Source: an uncultured bacterium (GTDB lineage Bacteria > Gemmatimonadota > Gemmatimonadetes > Gemmatimonadales > Gemmatimonadaceae). Taken from it: DNA of 18,375 bases. Shown here piece by piece: positions 17,148-18,375 of the stretch (positions are counted from its first letter, which is position 1; each line of letters starts with the position of its first letter). A program made the position numbers and the translations under genes. The stretch lies in NCBI GenBank assembly GCA_963978095.1, contig CAXBQP010000055.1, forward strand, positions 1 through 18,375, read 5' to 3'. The notes under the pieces were generated by a model. That model worked only from the letters and a program-made list of their open reading frames with translations. It was not told where the DNA came from and searched no databases.

Positions 17148-17738
17148 TCAGGTCTTGGGAATGAGTGGCGAAACGACGGCGTGCGTGCCGGTGCCCGGCA
17201 CCCCGGTCACTCCGCCGGAGACGACGAACGCCATGAAATCCGAACTCTCCATGTCCACGCGGCTCACGCGCGACGCCGGCACGACGAATGTCCATCCGGC
17301 GAATGCATACGACTGGGGGAAGTACACGACCACCGACTCGGCTTCGCCGAGCGCCGCCAGCGTCTCTTGCGTGATGAAGCCAAGTCCTTTGATGGTGCCA
17401 TCCGGCGTGAGCGAGACGAGCACCGGTTTGTCGAAGCGGCGTTTCTCCCCAACGAACGCGTTCAATAAATCCTTCGACGACGTGTACACCAGTCGCACGA
17501 ACGGCAGGCGTTCCAACAGCCGCTCGAACTCCACGATGACGGTCTTCGTGAGCACGCTCGAGCCGAAGAACCCGATCAGCGTGATGGAGGCGAGCGTCAC
17601 GGCGAACCCGACCCCGGGGATCGAAATGCCGAGCCAGCTGTCCACCTTCCGGAACGCCTGAACGCACACGAAGACCGTGAGCACCAACGGTATCGTGATC
17701 ACGAGACCCTGCAGGAAATAGCGGAGCAGTCGCTTCAT
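17148..17738 (-). CDS. DUF502 family membrane protein
   Basis: [15 protein letters not shown], two transmembrane segments, [28 protein letters not shown]. An alternative in-frame start is ATG 17810. Confidence 0.85.
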   Translation of the reverse strand: MKRLLRYFLQGLVITIPLVLTVFVCVQAFRKVDSWLGISIPGVGFAVTLASITLIGFFGSSVLTKTVIVEFERLLERLPFVRLVYTSSKDLLNAFVGEKRRFDKPVLVSLTPDGTIKGLGFITQETLAALGEAESVVVYFPQSYAFAGWTFVVPASRVSRVDMESSDFMAFVVSGGVTGVPGTGTHAVVSPLIPKT

Positions 17739-17814
17739 CGAGCCGGCATTCCCGAAATGGTGGCGGATGGCGGACCGGCGCGCCGGATCGCCAGCGGCCG
17801 ACCGCTTCATGACG

Positions 17815-17821
17815 TAGAATA
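17815..17821. promoter_or_regulatory. Overlapping divergent -10-like hexamers: TAGAAT (+, 17815-17820) and TATTCT (-, 17821-17816)
   Basis: AT-rich patch between the divergent DUF502 and S9 peptidase genes. The minus-strand hexamer is 5 nt upstream of ATG 17810. Confidence 0.4.
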
Positions 17822-17861
17822 AGAGCGCGGTCTTTGAAGATAACCCTTACCGGGCTCGACG

Positions 17862-18375
17862 ATGAGAGATCTCCCCCGCCGTACGTATTGCCACCTGGGC
17901 CGACAGGCCCTGCTCGCCCTGCTCGCCCTCTCCTCTGCCTCCGTCCTCACGGCGAGGGCGCAGAGCGGCAAGAAGCCGATCACCCAGGATGTCTACGATC
18001 TCTGGCGGTCGATTTCCGGGTCGACCCTCTCCTCGGACGGCAAGTGGGCGATGTACACCGTCTCGCCGGCCGTTGGTGAGGGAGAACTGGTCATCCGGAG
18101 CACCTCAGGGACCACCGAATACAAGTTCCCGCGTGGCTACACCGGACGCCCGCAGCTGCAGGCGGGCGCCGACTCGGCGGCGCTGTTCAATGCGGCGCCG
18201 GCGCAGTTCTCCGGCAACGGGCAGTACGCGGCCTTCGTGAAGTATCCCTCGGCGCAGGCTGTGGAGGCCTCACGCAAGGCGCCGCGGAACCGTCCCGTAC
18301 CGATGCCACGCAATGACATGGGCGTCGTCCGGCTCTCTGACGGAAACCTCATGACGATCGCCCGCGTCCGCTCCT
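17862..18375 (+). CDS. Secreted S9 (prolyl oligopeptidase family) peptidase, N-terminal beta-propeller part, truncated by the window end
   Basis: Manual translation is open from ATG 17862 to the end: MRDLPRRTYCHLGRQALLALLALSSASVLTARA-QSGKKPITQDVYDLWRSISGSTLSSDGKWAMYTVSPAVGEGELVIR...FSGNGQYAAF. It has a signal peptide and PD40/TolB-like S-x-D-G-K-W repeats typical of S9 N-termini. The catalytic domain is outside the window. Confidence 0.72.
   Translation, partial: MRDLPRRTYCHLGRQALLALLALSSASVLTARAQSGKKPITQDVYDLWRSISGSTLSSDGKWAMYTVSPAVGEGELVIRSTSGTTEYKFPRGYTGRPQLQAGADSAALFNAAPAQFSGNGQYAAFVKYPSAQAVEASRKAPRNRPVPMPRNDMGVVRLSDGNLMTIARVRS

Noticed and set aside
1..18375. CRISPR array, tRNA/rRNA, transposase, integrase or defence system
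   Set aside because: No periodic repeats, RNA-gene signatures or mobile-element proteins were seen. Composition looks uniform and all intergenic gaps are short.

Overview
GC-rich bacterial chromosomal segment. Gene content, signal peptides and weak Shine-Dalgarno (SD) usage suggest Gemmatimonadota, but that is an inference. It is almost fully coding, with 14 complete CDSs and one partial. In order: a translationally coupled pair of exported M16 zinc-peptidase subunits (the second non-catalytic, with a DUF3108-like C-terminal domain); convergent dinB; a + strand amino-acid catabolism run (acetoacetate-CoA ligase, PLP Thr/Ser dehydratase, hppD, hmgA, flavin-reductase-like protein, class I/II aminotransferase); thrB-thrC on the minus strand; an APC amino-acid/polyamine permease; a secreted amidohydrolase; a DUF502 membrane protein; and the 5' part of a secreted S9-type peptidase absent from the ORF track. 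I found no mobile elements, RNA genes or CRISPR arrays. This is mostly core metabolism. The best leads are the homogentisate cluster that lacks maiA/fahA but carries a flavin-reductase-like gene, the M16-DUF3108-like fusion, and several small cis-elements (tandem anti-SD repeat, hairpin inside dinB, alternative hairpins before hppD, leaderless-type -10 boxes).
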